A stretch of DNA of 64,000 nt from an uncultured Bacteroidales bacterium (GCA_964544705.1 CAZJDA010000004.1:8495-72494), one strand, 5' to 3'; shown: positions 1-10,116, counted from the first letter of the stretch. The notes: generated by a model not told the origin, from the sequence alone. Made by a program: numbers and translations.

Positions 1-3000
1 TCCAGAAGCAATATCTGGCGGCCAAATTGGCGCTTTGGCGCTTGTATACGTACCTAATGTAGATTGAACGTGGTAATCGCCACTGCCCACGAACAGCGGA
101 TCGCCAGTTAAATCGTTAGTACCCAGTGGCCCGGTGTTGCCAATCGTTCCGTTGTAATCGAAAAGATTGGTGTTGGTGGTGTAGTATGTGTTGTAATCAG
201 AAGTAACCGTGATGGTATTTTCGGATTTAAGAGCATAATAGCTATCGTTACCTGTTTTTGCCACAAAAATGTTGTTTTGCACCGTTGTGCCTGTGCCGGA
301 TTGGACGTATAAGCCTGCACCACCGGGAACATTGGGTTCATCACCTTTTACAAGAATATCATCAATATGCCAATACTCTTTATTTGGGCCTCCAGCGCCT
401 GTATTATATCCTGTAAACATTATTTGAACAGTACTGGGAGTGCCAGGAACAGCAACTAAGGCTTGAACATAACTTGTTTGTCCTCCGTCTTGGCGAAAAA
501 ACTGAACCCAACCACCACCATCTGCTTGATAGTATCCAATTAGATATTCACTACCATCAAAAGCTCTTCCGGAACTCCTATAATAACAAGAAATTTCAAT
601 ATTTTGGTAACCGGCAGTACTGATTGTAGAGTTATAAATTAAATCTTTTGCAGGATCAGCATTTTCAACTATAGCGCAGTATGTTCCTGTATTCGGTAAA
701 TCAGTAGATTGAGCCCAATCTCCAGTTGTCCATCCTGTTGTTCCGCTTTCCCAATCTTCAAAGAATAATTGAACATCCTGGGCGCCAGATCCTCCACCGC
801 TCAGGCTTCCATTGTCATCCGCCGTATTGTTTTTCACCGTGGCGCTACTGCCATTGATATGAATTCCATACGAATAATTTCCATAGCATAAATTATTGGT
901 AACCGTAGCATTGTCTCCGTTTACAGAAATTCCTGAGCCACCTTTAGAGCCATGGCTTTTTATAAATTCCAATTTTGTATTGTTACCTTCTGAATAAACG
1001 TTATCATTGTTAGCATTGCTCACCGTGAATCCTTTCACCTGGACATTATCAAGTGCTCCAATATAAATTCCATTGGTAAGCCCGCTTGCATCTATTACCG
1101 GGGCTTCGCCTGTCCTGTTTTGAATAATAAGCGGGTTGTCTGCGGTTGTTGCCAGGTCTGGGTTTGGAGTGATCTTTTCAGCGTATGTTCCACCATAAAC
1201 CTCGATAGTTATGGGTGAAGTAAAAGCATTGCTTCCTTTCCAGGCTAAAAGTTCGTCAAGGGCAGCCTGGATGGATGTGTGTGGATCTGTTCCTCCTACG
1301 ACCGGGATGATATTTCGAGTATCATAAGTAAAAGTAAGCGCCTCAGTGTCTGAACCTCCAGGAGTAGTTACTACAATTTCGTTTGTTCCTGTATAATCAC
1401 CTCCTGTAGTTTCAATATCTATTTGTGTTGCTGTATTAGAAATAATACGGGCAGTAACCCCTGCTACCGCTACTGAAGTTGCACCCGTAAGAAATGTTCC
1501 AGTTATTGTAATATCTTTACCCCCATCTTTGTATGCAGTTCCGGAAGTTGTTGAAACTGTTGATATAGAAGGAGGATCCGCCGGTAGCGAACTATTAATA
1601 AAAAGGTCGTCAACAATTATTCTCTCATTGTCTGTACAATCCCAGTGCCTAATGGCAATATAGATATTTTCTCCTGTCAAATCTCCCATCGCAGCTGTTA
1701 CATCAATATTTACCTCTACCCACGCTTCAGAGCTAAGTGTTCCTGTTGCCAGCAAAGTAAAATCTCCACCTGTCTCTGTTCCGGTAGTAGGTAGGTTTGT
1801 TCCGGTAGTAGAAATGTAAACAGAGTATTTTTCAGCCACCCATGTAGAATATGGTTTTACCCAAAAAGAAATATCCACTTGGTCACCCGGAACATAAAGG
1901 CTTGGAGTAATAAGCCAATTGTCCGGTGTTAAAGCAACACTATTCCATGAATTGGAAAATGCTGCAGCTCCTCCAGAATTTGGAGAATCACTCATACTGG
2001 CATACCAGTTTTGTCCGTCACCATCGTGATCTACTGTTGTTCCGCATATCATAGGTACTCCATCATTAAAATTCTGAGCATAAGGTAAAGAAGAAGTTCC
2101 GCAATCTGTCCATTCTGTTGTTGAACAAGGGTGAGAATAGTCTCCTGCATCATAATCCGCAGTTCCCGTAGTAGCTATTGAATATACCCTGTATCGATAT
2201 TCAGTAGAAGGAGATAATCCCGTATGAGAAAAACTCGTATTGTTTCCGACATAAATAACGGTACCGCCCCCAGGTAAAACATCATTTGCGGAATAAGTAA
2301 CACCGTCAACCGGTGCACCGAAAGCATCCCCTTCAATAGCATAAGCCAATAAAACATCATCGCTATAAGTATTAAGATCCCATGTTACGTCTATCGCTGT
2401 TGTTCCTGTTGCCGTAGCAGCAAAATTATCAGGACCGGGTAATGCTCCTGCCACTACGGCACCATTTGCAGCAGCCATATTAAAATCAATTCTTCCTGAT
2501 CCTAATTCACCAATATATCCGGGGTTATTTGGATAATGGTCTACCACACTTTCCAATAAAAGTGTTCTAAGTTCAGTATTTGTCATTAATCCCTCTGTAA
2601 TAGAAACAATTGCAGAAGCTATTCCGGAAACATGAGGACAAGCCATTGAAGTACCACTCATATATCCATAGGTGTCATCAATATAAGGATCATTAACACC
2701 GGAAGTACTGTATATATCACTACCCGGAGCTGAAATGTCAACCCAAGTTCCGTAATTTGAAAAGCCTGATTTTGTATCAGTCATATCAGTAGATGCTACA
2801 GCTAAAACTTCAGAATAACATGCAGGCCACCAGTTTCCGTTATCATTATCATTTCCTGCGGCAAAGATAGTGATTCCTCCTGCCAAAGCAGTACCTCCAC
2901 CGTTCGTATTAAAATAATCAATTGCATCTAAAGAACTTTGATTATATGTGTTAACTGTAGTATACCCCCAACTGTTTTGAGAAATCATAGCATCATTATC

Positions 3001-4089
3001 TGCTGCATATATCTGTAATTCATCATCTCCGTATATGCCATTGAACATATCGCAAGTCATTAATTTGACCCCTGAGTTTGCGGTTCCGTCTCCTCCGGCA
3101 CAACCGGCAACTCCGATACCGTTATTTGAAACTGCAGCCACAGAGCCTCCAACATGTGTGCCATGGTAACCAACAGTGGTACCTGTACCCTCCGGCCCGA
3201 TACCGGACCACATATTAGCGGCTAAATCAGGATGATCCCATTGAATCCCCTGATCAATAACTGCTACAAGAACGTTGGGATTCCCCATAGTTATATCCCA
3301 AGCTTCAGGTGCATTAATTAACGGAAAGCCATATTGCAAATTATAACTTGGGTCATTAGGAGTCAATTTTGAATTTTCTGCATTAGGCTTTACTGTATTT
3401 GTATTATTATTTCCGCGTATTGGTATTTCGTCGGTAACCGGTTCAATAAGTCTAACTTTATATACTGGTTCAGCATATTCCACTTCGTCCAGTTCGGAAA
3501 ACAATTTAACTGCTTCAATTACATCGGTTTTTGAATTAAACTCAATAATGCGTATTAGATGAAAGCCCCAAGCTTGGTGTCTTTCTTTGTAAGAAAGCAC
3601 TTTTCCCGGATTTTTTGAATTATATAATTTATCCAACTTTCGTTCGTAAAGTTGAGCTTTAACTTTAAAATTAACTTCATCTAATGACTTAATTCCTGTA
3701 ATTACAAAATCATCTTCACCACTTTTTAAAAACTGTGCATCCAGATATTTATCCATGTAAGGCTTAAATTTCACTTCAATTACACCTTGTTTATAAGCAT
3801 CTGAAGGTACTTTTTCTAATTCAACCGGTGGCCTTTCTCCTCTTTTAACACCATACTTCTTCTCTAAAGTTCTCTGCTCTGCAATAGCATAATCTTTTTC
3901 AATCTTTGATATAAAATTTTTCTTTTGCTTTTCAGCATTAAATTTTGTCTCTGCCTGCTCAGCAAATCTCTCCAACGCCTCCACATTGGTCTTGGAAATA
4001 ATTTCCAGCCTCTCAGGCTTTGTTTGGCTATTTAAATTTGCAAGATAGAAAAAGAATAAAAGAAACGTTAATATAGATTTAACAGGCAT
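1..4089 (-). CDS. S8 (subtilisin-family) serine peptidase, very large multidomain secreted protein; C-terminus runs off the window start
   Basis: Absent from the supplied ORF track, apparently because it has no stop inside the window. My reverse-complement translation from ATG at 4089 (MPVKSILTFLLFFFYLANLNSQ, signal-like) stayed open in every segment I spot-checked down to base 1. Subtilase triad motifs: VAVIDQGI (Asp codon 3253-3255), HGTHVGG (His 3163-3165), GTSMACPHVSG (Ser 2647-2649). Downstream are IPT/TIG-like, adhesin/MAM-like and parallel-beta-helix-like repeats. Confidence 0.85.
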   Translation of the reverse strand, partial: MPVKSILTFLLFFFYLANLNSQTKPERLEIISKTNVEALERFAEQAETKFNAEKQKKNFISKIEKDYAIAEQRTLEKKYGVKRGERPPVELEKVPSDAYKQGVIEVKFKPYMDKYLDAQFLKSGEDDFVITGIKSLDEVNFKVKAQLYERKLDKLYNSKNPGKVLSYKERHQAWGFHLIRIIEFNSKTDVIEAVKLFSELDEVEYAEPVYKVRLIEPVTDEIPIRGNNNTNTVKPNAENSKLTPNDPSYNLQYGFPLINAPEAWDITMGNPNVLVAVIDQGIQWDHPDLAANMWSGIGPEGTGTTVGYHGTHVGGSVAAVSNNGIGVAGCAGGDGTANSGVKLMTCDMFNGIYGDDELQIYAADNDAMISQNSWGYTTVNTYNQSSLDAIDYFNTNGGGTALAGGITIFAAGNDNDNGNWWPACYSEVLAVASTDMTDTKSGFSNYGTWVDISAPGSDIYSTSGVNDPYIDDTYGYMSGTSMACPHVSGIASAIVSITEGLMTNTELRTLLLESVVDHYPNNPGYIGELGSGRIDFNMAAANGAVVAGALPGPDNFAATATGTTAIDVTWDLNTYSDDVLLAYAIEGDAFGAPVDGVTYSANDVLPGGGTVIYVGNNTSFSHTGLSPSTEYRYRVYSIATTGTADYDAGDYSHPCSTTEWTDCGTSSLPYAQNFNDGVPMICGTTVDHDGDGQNWYASMSDSPNSGGAAAFSNSWNSVALTPDNWLITPSLYVPGDQVDISFWVKPYSTWVAEKYSVYISTTGTNLPTTGTETGGDFTLLATGTLSSEAWVEVNIDVTAAMGDLTGENIYIAIRHWDCTDNERIIVDDLFINSSLPADPPSISTVSTTSGTAYKDGGKDITITGTFLTGATSVAVAGVTARIISNTATQIDIETTGGDYTGTNEIVVTTPGGSDTEALTFTYDTRNIIPVVGGTDPHTSIQAALDELLAWKGSNAFTSPITIEVYGGTYAEKITPNPDLATTADNPLIIQNRTGEAPVIDASGLTNGIYIGALDNVQVKGFTVSNANNDNVYSEGNNTKLEFIKSHGSKGGSGISVNGDNATVTNNLCYGNYSYGIHINGSSATVKNNTADDNGSLSGGGSGAQDVQLFFEDWESGTTGWTTGDWAQSTDLPNTGTYCAIVENADPAKDLIYNSTISTAGYQNIEISCYYRSSGRAFDGSEYLIGYYQADGGGWVQFFRQDGGQTSYVQALVAVPGTPSTVQIMFTGYNTGAGGPNKEYWHIDDILVKGDEPNVPGGAGLYVQSGTGTTVQNNIFVAKTGNDSYYALKSENTITVTSDYNTYYTTNTNLFDYNGTIGNTGPLGTNDLTGDPLFVGSGDYHVQSTLGTYTSAKAPIWPPDIASG

Positions 4090-4318
4090 AATAATAGTTA
4101 ATTTAAGGGTTAACTATCAAAGATACTGATAATATTTTATTTTTCTATCCGTATTTATACGGAATTACTCCCTTAATTGCTTGGTTTTATAAGTTTTTCT
4201 ATATATAAATATCTATTTCCTCAAATAAAATTTTATAGCAGCATATTCATGCTCATTTTGCAAGAATAATTCTGTATTTTTGGCAAACTTTGATTAAATC
4301 GATACTAAAACTAAGTGT

Positions 4319-5260
4319 ATGCAACATTCTAAAGAGCTTCTTAGCGGAACTTACCGGGAAATCCAAGATAAAATCCACCAAACACCTATTGTAACATCTT
4401 CCTATTTTAATAACGCGATAAACGGGCAAGTTTTTTTCAAATGCGAGAACTTTCAAAAAGTAGGCGCATTCAAATTCAGGGGCGCTACCAATGCTGTGCT
4501 AAACCTTTCTGACGCGCAAAAACAAAAAGGTGTTGCAACGCATTCTTCCGGGAATCATGCACAGGCATTAGCACTCGCCGCAAAAAACGAAGGCATCAAA
4601 GCCTATATTGTGATGCCGGAAACATCAAAAAAAGTAAAGGTGAATGCTGTAAAGGAATATGGTGCAGAGATCATTTTTTGTAAACCCACTCTACAAAGCC
4701 GCGAAGATACCCTTGATGAAGTAGTGGAAAAAACCGGCGCTCATTTCATCCATCCATACGACAATGATGATATTATCCTGGGGCAATCTACCGCGGCTTA
4801 TGAGCTCATCAAAGAACACCCGGACCTTGATAATATTATGGCTCCTGTTGGTGGCGGAGGATTATTATCCGGCACCTCCTTAGCAACGCATTATTTCTCA
4901 CCTAAAACAATCATTTATGCCGCAGAGCCTACCGGGGCAAACGATGCTTACCTGTCGCTTAAAGCCGGGAAGATCATTCCTTCTGTTAATCCTAATACCA
5001 TTGCGGATGGGCTATTAACATCCTTAGGAGAGCGTAATTTTAAGATTATTCAACAATATGTTCATAAAATATTCACTGTTAATGATACTGAGATTATTGA
5101 AGCAATGCGCAATGTATGGGAGCGCATGAAGCTCATTATTGAACCCTCCAGCGCTGTGCCTGTTGCAGCTTTGTTAAAATACAAGTCCTGTTTTGAAGGG
5201 AAAAAAACCGGTATCATTATTAGTGGAGGCAATGTTGATTTGAAAAATCTTCCATTCTAA
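4319..5260 (+). CDS. PLP-dependent serine/threonine dehydratase family enzyme (serine racemase / threo-3-hydroxyaspartate ammonia-lyase-like)
   Basis: 313 aa. FKCENFQKVGAFKFRGA contains the PLP-lysine motif (xFKxRGA) of the Trp-synthase-beta-fold dehydratases; glycine loop APVGGGGLLSG. Confidence 0.8.
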   Translation: MQHSKELLSGTYREIQDKIHQTPIVTSSYFNNAINGQVFFKCENFQKVGAFKFRGATNAVLNLSDAQKQKGVATHSSGNHAQALALAAKNEGIKAYIVMPETSKKVKVNAVKEYGAEIIFCKPTLQSREDTLDEVVEKTGAHFIHPYDNDDIILGQSTAAYELIKEHPDLDNIMAPVGGGGLLSGTSLATHYFSPKTIIYAAEPTGANDAYLSLKAGKIIPSVNPNTIADGLLTSLGERNFKIIQQYVHKIFTVNDTEIIEAMRNVWERMKLIIEPSSAVPVAALLKYKSCFEGKKTGIIISGGNVDLKNLPF

Positions 5261-5314
5261 TAGAAATTCTGTAAATTTATCCCTTACTTTGTAAATCGTT
5301 AATTAAGCCAAGTT

Positions 5315-6748
5315 TTGAACCAGGTAAAAAAATTAGCCGGACAAACAGCCGTATACGGGGTAAGCAGTATTTTGGGGAGGTTCCTGAATTACCTGCTTGT
5401 GCCTTTGCATACGAGGGTATTGGTTACCGGGCAATATGGTACGATTAATGAACTGTATGCCTACATTGCTTTCCTGCTTGTTATTCTTACCTATGGCATG
5501 GAAACAGCATTTTTTCGGTACAATGAGAAAATGAAGGATAAATCCGCGGTTTTTAGTACAAGTGTTATTTCAATATTTGTTACTACTTGTATTTTTATTA
5601 TTACAGCCATTTCATTTTCTCATGATATTGCTGATTTACTGAGGTATCCCAACCATCATGAATACATCATATATTTTGTATTGATCGTATCTTTTGATGG
5701 TTTGGCAAGCATCCCTTTTGCAAAACTCAGGTCGCAAAAGAGGCCAATGAGGTTTGCCATGGTAAAGCTTATCAATATTGGCGTAAATATTGGGCTGAAC
5801 CTTGCTTTTTATGTTGATTTTAGCACCTTTACCCTTAAAACCGATATGGGAGTAAGCTATGTATTCATTGCCAATCTTATTGCAAGTGGAGCCACTTTAT
5901 TGCTCCTATCCCCACAGTTTTTAAAGATTAAGCTTGTTTTTGATACAGCATTATGGCGCCGGATGATGGTATATGCTTTACCCTTGCTGTTATTTGGACT
6001 TGCCGGCATAATCAATGAAATGTTAGACCGTATCCTTATTAAGTATCTCTTGCCGGGAGATACTGCCATGAGCCAACTGGGTATATATGGCGCCTGCTAT
6101 AAAGTTTCTATACTTATGACCATTTTTATACAGGCTTTTAGGTATGCAGCAGAACCCTTCTTCTTTGCCCAAGAAAAAGATAAACGATCTAAGGAAACGT
6201 ATGCCCAAGTGTTAAAATACTTTTTTATTGTAGGATTGTTTATTTTCTTGGGTATTATGTTATTTATTGATGTAGTAATGCTATTTGTTGATAAACCTTA
6301 CCGTGAAGGGCAACCTGTAATTCCCATCCTTTTGATGGCCAATCTCTTTCTTGGCGTTTACTACAATCTTTCTATTTGGTATAAACTAACGGATAAAACA
6401 AAGTTTGGGGCATATATTTCTATTTTTGGGGCTATTATAACGTTGGTATTGAATTTTTACTGGATCCCGCGCATTGGTTATATGGGTTCGGCTTGGGCAA
6501 CGCTTGTTTGTTACGCCTCTATGACGATTGTTTCTTATTTTATTGGGCGAAAACACTTCCCTGTAAAATATGATTTTGGTAAAATGGCTTTATACTTGGG
6601 TGTTGCCTTATTTTTCTATTTTGGGATGAAATATATAGATATTTCTTCTTTAGGATTTAAATATACTTTAAATATTGGAGTTATTGCAGTTTTTGCTTTA
6701 ATCGTATATATTTGTGAACGAAAAGGGTTAAAGAAAAAACACCTGTAA
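5315..6748 (+). CDS. MOP-superfamily polysaccharide/oligosaccharide flippase-like membrane protein
   Basis: 477 aa with many predicted TM helices. The N-terminus KKLAGQTAVYGVSSILGRFLNYLLVPLHTR is typical of Bacteroidota 'polysaccharide biosynthesis protein' flippases. The start is TTG at 5315; there is no in-frame ATG near the N-terminus and an in-frame stop lies just upstream. Confidence 0.7.
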   Translation: MNQVKKLAGQTAVYGVSSILGRFLNYLLVPLHTRVLVTGQYGTINELYAYIAFLLVILTYGMETAFFRYNEKMKDKSAVFSTSVISIFVTTCIFIITAISFSHDIADLLRYPNHHEYIIYFVLIVSFDGLASIPFAKLRSQKRPMRFAMVKLINIGVNIGLNLAFYVDFSTFTLKTDMGVSYVFIANLIASGATLLLLSPQFLKIKLVFDTALWRRMMVYALPLLLFGLAGIINEMLDRILIKYLLPGDTAMSQLGIYGACYKVSILMTIFIQAFRYAAEPFFFAQEKDKRSKETYAQVLKYFFIVGLFIFLGIMLFIDVVMLFVDKPYREGQPVIPILLMANLFLGVYYNLSIWYKLTDKTKFGAYISIFGAIITLVLNFYWIPRIGYMGSAWATLVCYASMTIVSYFIGRKHFPVKYDFGKMALYLGVALFFYFGMKYIDISSLGFKYTLNIGVIAVFALIVYICERKGLKKKHL

Positions 6749-6830
6749 TATAATTCAAGCTTCTATCACAGGTGTGGGATTATATAGAATAAAATATAGT
6801 GTCCTTAAACCTAGTGTTAAATAAATTCTA

Positions 6831-6960
6831 ATGTGACGTTTGGAGATTGCTTCGCCGACTGATGTTGGCTCGCAATGACGTCACTCCGAGGAGGAACAGT
6901 CTATCCCGCTATGAGTGGGAACGAAGGAGTCTCCTTACTATTTCATATGTGACATGACAC
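6831..6960. repeat. Structured REP/MITE-like intergenic repeat, copy A
   Basis: Contains GGAGATTGCTTCG...GGCTCGCAATGACGTCACTCCGAGGAGG...CGAAGGAGTCTCC (long-range imperfect inverted repeat around a TGACGTCA palindrome). It ends in TTTCATATGTGACATGACAC. The core recurs at 58447-58533 and the terminal motif at 35228-35281. Confidence 0.6.
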
Positions 6961-8462
6961 TAAAACCTAATTCCAAAAGTCATTAAGAATTGATGGTTTG
7001 TAATCGTATTTTCAACAGCTCTACTTGCCATTGGGTATAGATAGTAATCTTGCCCGTAAGTAGTGTAACTATAACCAAAATCCAGGAAGTAATACTTATC
7101 CCTAAATCCAAACCCACCTGAGAACATCATTTTTTCAGAATCATTAATTTCTGTTGAGGAATAAGGATTGGAATACAAGGCAAAACCGCCTCTCACAAAC
7201 ATTGGGGCAAGGCTCCATTCAGTGCCAACCCTGAAGTTATGGGCAGCAGTAAAGTATTCCCTTATAGCATCATTTTCCTCGAAAAATCCATCATCATCAG
7301 CATCAAGGGTAGCTTCTGAGTAATCAACAAATTCGTAATCAGCGCTTATCAGGCCGCGTTTTCCAAAAATAATGGCAATATTTCCCATTGCCCTGAAAGG
7401 TGTTGTTAGCTGGTAATCATATTCACCATAAGGCGATTCTGAAGAGTATGTATTCCCATTATCCATGGTTGAGGTCATCTCTCTGTCCCATTGGTCTGTC
7501 ATACTAAAGAATGTAGGCGTGTGAACAGCGCCGCCAAGCCGTACCATATCGTTTATACGGTAAATCATTCCCAATTTAAAATTGAACCCTGAACCCCTGG
7601 TCTCTAAATTTTGGCTTTGGGTGAATTCTTCTAAATACATAGGATCTTCTGGCAGAGAATTAGGATTTGGAGGGGCAATATCATTCACATCTATTTCTTT
7701 ATAAATATAAGATTCTTCATACTTTATAAATGGAAAACCAAAAGTACCTCCTATATAGAACCTATTATTGAAATTGGCTCCCATAGAGAATACCATCTCG
7801 TTCATAGCGCCTTCTGCAATAAGGTTTTTGCGTTGCAATACTCCACCTGAAGGCGTTGCGCTGAAATATTCAGTGGAAGAAGCCGGCAAAGTATCAAGCA
7901 AGTATGTATTCCAAGCAAGCTCGGTGTCAAAAGGATGCAAGCTGGATGAGGTGTTGCCGTCTGCCTTTGCTTTGTAATCGTCAAGCAAGGAGCTGGTTGT
8001 ATTAAAACCTTCAATATTCATTTCATGGTGAAAATTGTTGTAACGGTTAAAACCGAAACCAAAATTTATGTTTTTCCATGTTCCCATGCCGTTATCATCA
8101 TCTTGAAACCTGTTGGCAGAAAGGTTCATGGTAAGAATCAATCCCATGTTGGATATATTGAAATTGTATTTATTTTCTTCTCCTTTGGTATTAAAATAAT
8201 CCGATTCAATATTTGAAGCAAAAACCGAAGGTGTTATGGTAAATTCCGACTTCCTGTACATGCCAATTCCGGCTGGGTTAGTACTGAGTGTAGAGAAATC
8301 AGCGCCAAGCGCTCCAAAAGCTCCTCCCATACTCATATACCTGGCAGTACCTCCCATTTCTGTGAAAGAATACCTTAAAGCATCGGTTTCGTTTTGGGCG
8401 TTCATACTTAGTGAACCCAATAATACTCCTACTAATATCACAATTATTCTTTTCATGATCAC
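6960..8462 (-). CDS. FadL/TodX-like outer-membrane beta-barrel protein
   Basis: 500 aa with a signal peptide (MIMKRIIVILVGVLLGSLSMNAQ). The N-terminal GGTARYMSMGGAFGALGADFSTLSTNPAGIG resembles the FadL/OMPP1 hatch motif. It has an alternating aromatic beta-strand pattern and ends in an aromatic residue (FGIRF). Confidence 0.55.
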   Translation of the reverse strand: MIMKRIIVILVGVLLGSLSMNAQNETDALRYSFTEMGGTARYMSMGGAFGALGADFSTLSTNPAGIGMYRKSEFTITPSVFASNIESDYFNTKGEENKYNFNISNMGLILTMNLSANRFQDDDNGMGTWKNINFGFGFNRYNNFHHEMNIEGFNTTSSLLDDYKAKADGNTSSSLHPFDTELAWNTYLLDTLPASSTEYFSATPSGGVLQRKNLIAEGAMNEMVFSMGANFNNRFYIGGTFGFPFIKYEESYIYKEIDVNDIAPPNPNSLPEDPMYLEEFTQSQNLETRGSGFNFKLGMIYRINDMVRLGGAVHTPTFFSMTDQWDREMTSTMDNGNTYSSESPYGEYDYQLTTPFRAMGNIAIIFGKRGLISADYEFVDYSEATLDADDDGFFEENDAIREYFTAAHNFRVGTEWSLAPMFVRGGFALYSNPYSSTEINDSEKMMFSGGFGFRDKYYFLDFGYSYTTYGQDYYLYPMASRAVENTITNHQFLMTFGIRF

Positions 8463-8508
8463 TTAAATTTTAAATTCATTTTTTTCAGTTTAACGATTCA
8501 ATTTCAAA

Positions 8509-10116
8509 TTATCTTCTTCTGCCTGATGAGCTAGAGCTAGAACTAGACTTTGACCTGGTGCTTGAGCTTGAAGACCTTGACCTGGAGCTGGATGAAGAGC
8601 TTTTGTAGCTTCTACTCTTGGAGCTGGAAGAAGGTTTTGAATAAGACCTGCTTCTACTACTTGGTTTTGTAAAGCTTCTACTCCGTGTATTAGTAGCTGG
8701 TTTGCTATAGTTCCTGCTTCGAGTACTCGATGGTTTAGAATAACTCCTGTTTGAAGGAGAAGAATATGTATTCCTATTTACAGAGCTTGGTTTTGAATAG
8801 GTACTGTTGCGATAACTATTCCTGTTTGTATTGGTCGGTTTGCTGTAAGTCCTGGTATTAACAGTATTTCCTGTTTTTGGGCTTGTATAATACTTGCTAG
8901 ACTTTGGTTGTTTATATGAAGGTGATGTATAACTTTTAGGTTTTGAATAATACTTCCTTGATTTACCACTTTCATAATCAGACCTTGTATGTTCAGGTTG
9001 ATAGCGGGAGTGAGGATTCTTCCTTGTATAGTTAGATTGAGTTCCTAAATTTTCTTTCCCGGTAGTTTTAACATTCTTATCTTTATCAACAGTTTTTTTG
9101 GTGATTTCAGCCTCTTTTTCTCGTGTAATGGTCTTCCCAGTAGTTTTATTAACATCACGCTCCTGTACTTCTTTATTAACAGTCCTGTTACTTTTATTGT
9201 TGACAGTCCTATTTGTAGTAATGTTTGTTGTGTTTACGTCACCACCGGTAGTTCTGCCGGAGCCGATGTTATGGGTAGACTGCACATATTTTTCTCCAAT
9301 GGTCCTTGCACCACCTGAACCTGTGGTTGATGATGAAATATTGTCTCTATGTCCGTAATAATAGCTGGTATTGTCGTAGCTGTTATAATAATAATCGTTT
9401 GCGGCATAATAGCCATCGTAGTAGCCATTCCAGTAGCCATTATGGTATCCATACCAGTAACCACCATAGTACCCAGAGCCCCAATAGTATGGCCTGTGCC
9501 ATGAGTAATAAGGCCAGTGGCTGTAACCCCATCCATAATAACCGCCATAAAATGGGTTATAATGAATATGGTAAGAAGGCCACCAGTCGTATCCTAAATA
9601 AATACTTACACCGTAATCATAAGGATTATAAGTATAATAATAGGAATTTGTATAAAACCCTGAATAATATTGAGGGCTATAGTAAGGGCGGTGAAATCTT
9701 CTTATTCTTGAAGCATACTCATAATCATGGTAATCACCATAGTAATTGTTATTGGTTACATACGTGTTTCCATTTTCATCAGAAGCCATGTTAGATTCGG
9801 AATAACGTGGCTCTTTTCCTGTAGCTGTATATTCGTCATTATTACCTTCCTCTTCGCTGTAGTTATAATCTTTATATTGAGAATAGTCTACATCCTTGCT
9901 GGTTGTAGTAGATTCTTCATTATCATAACCATCGTATTCTTGACTGGTATTTTGGGAATAAGATTCAGCAGGCTGTTCATTCGTTGGCTCTTCTATTGTT
10001 TGAGCATTTGAGGGTGTATAGTATACATCATCGTATACAGAACCTGCATATTGGGATGAACTGCATCCACTTGCCATAATTGCCGGTAGTATTGTTAAAA
10101 AAATTAGCTTTTTCAT
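8509..10116 (-). CDS. Extreme low-complexity lipoprotein (Tyr/Gly/Trp-rich core, Ser/Arg/Lys/Pro-rich basic tail), function unknown
   Basis: 535 aa with a lipobox (LPAIMASGC). It is the longest ORF in the interval and lies 46 bp upstream of, and co-oriented with, the FadL-like gene. All overlapping ORFs are shorter shadow frames of the biased sequence. Confidence 0.65.
   Translation of the reverse strand: MKKLIFLTILPAIMASGCSSSQYAGSVYDDVYYTPSNAQTIEEPTNEQPAESYSQNTSQEYDGYDNEESTTTSKDVDYSQYKDYNYSEEEGNNDEYTATGKEPRYSESNMASDENGNTYVTNNNYYGDYHDYEYASRIRRFHRPYYSPQYYSGFYTNSYYYTYNPYDYGVSIYLGYDWWPSYHIHYNPFYGGYYGWGYSHWPYYSWHRPYYWGSGYYGGYWYGYHNGYWNGYYDGYYAANDYYYNSYDNTSYYYGHRDNISSSTTGSGGARTIGEKYVQSTHNIGSGRTTGGDVNTTNITTNRTVNNKSNRTVNKEVQERDVNKTTGKTITREKEAEITKKTVDKDKNVKTTGKENLGTQSNYTRKNPHSRYQPEHTRSDYESGKSRKYYSKPKSYTSPSYKQPKSSKYYTSPKTGNTVNTRTYSKPTNTNRNSYRNSTYSKPSSVNRNTYSSPSNRSYSKPSSTRSRNYSKPATNTRSRSFTKPSSRSRSYSKPSSSSKSRSYKSSSSSSRSRSSSSSTRSKSSSSSSSSGRRR

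Noticed and set aside
4148-4163. 16-nt palindrome TCCGTATTTATACGGA in the divergent region between the S8 peptidase and the dehydratase gene
   Set aside because: It is a single short occurrence with no repeated half-sites or adjacent regulator gene, so it cannot be distinguished from chance.
9306-9794. 162-aa plus-strand ORF, along with 9098-9358, 9234-9548 and 9727-10011, overlapping the Tyr-rich lipoprotein gene
   Set aside because: These are shadow frames of a compositionally biased region. They have no signal or family motif and are shorter than the 535-aa minus-strand ORF, which has a lipobox and operon context.
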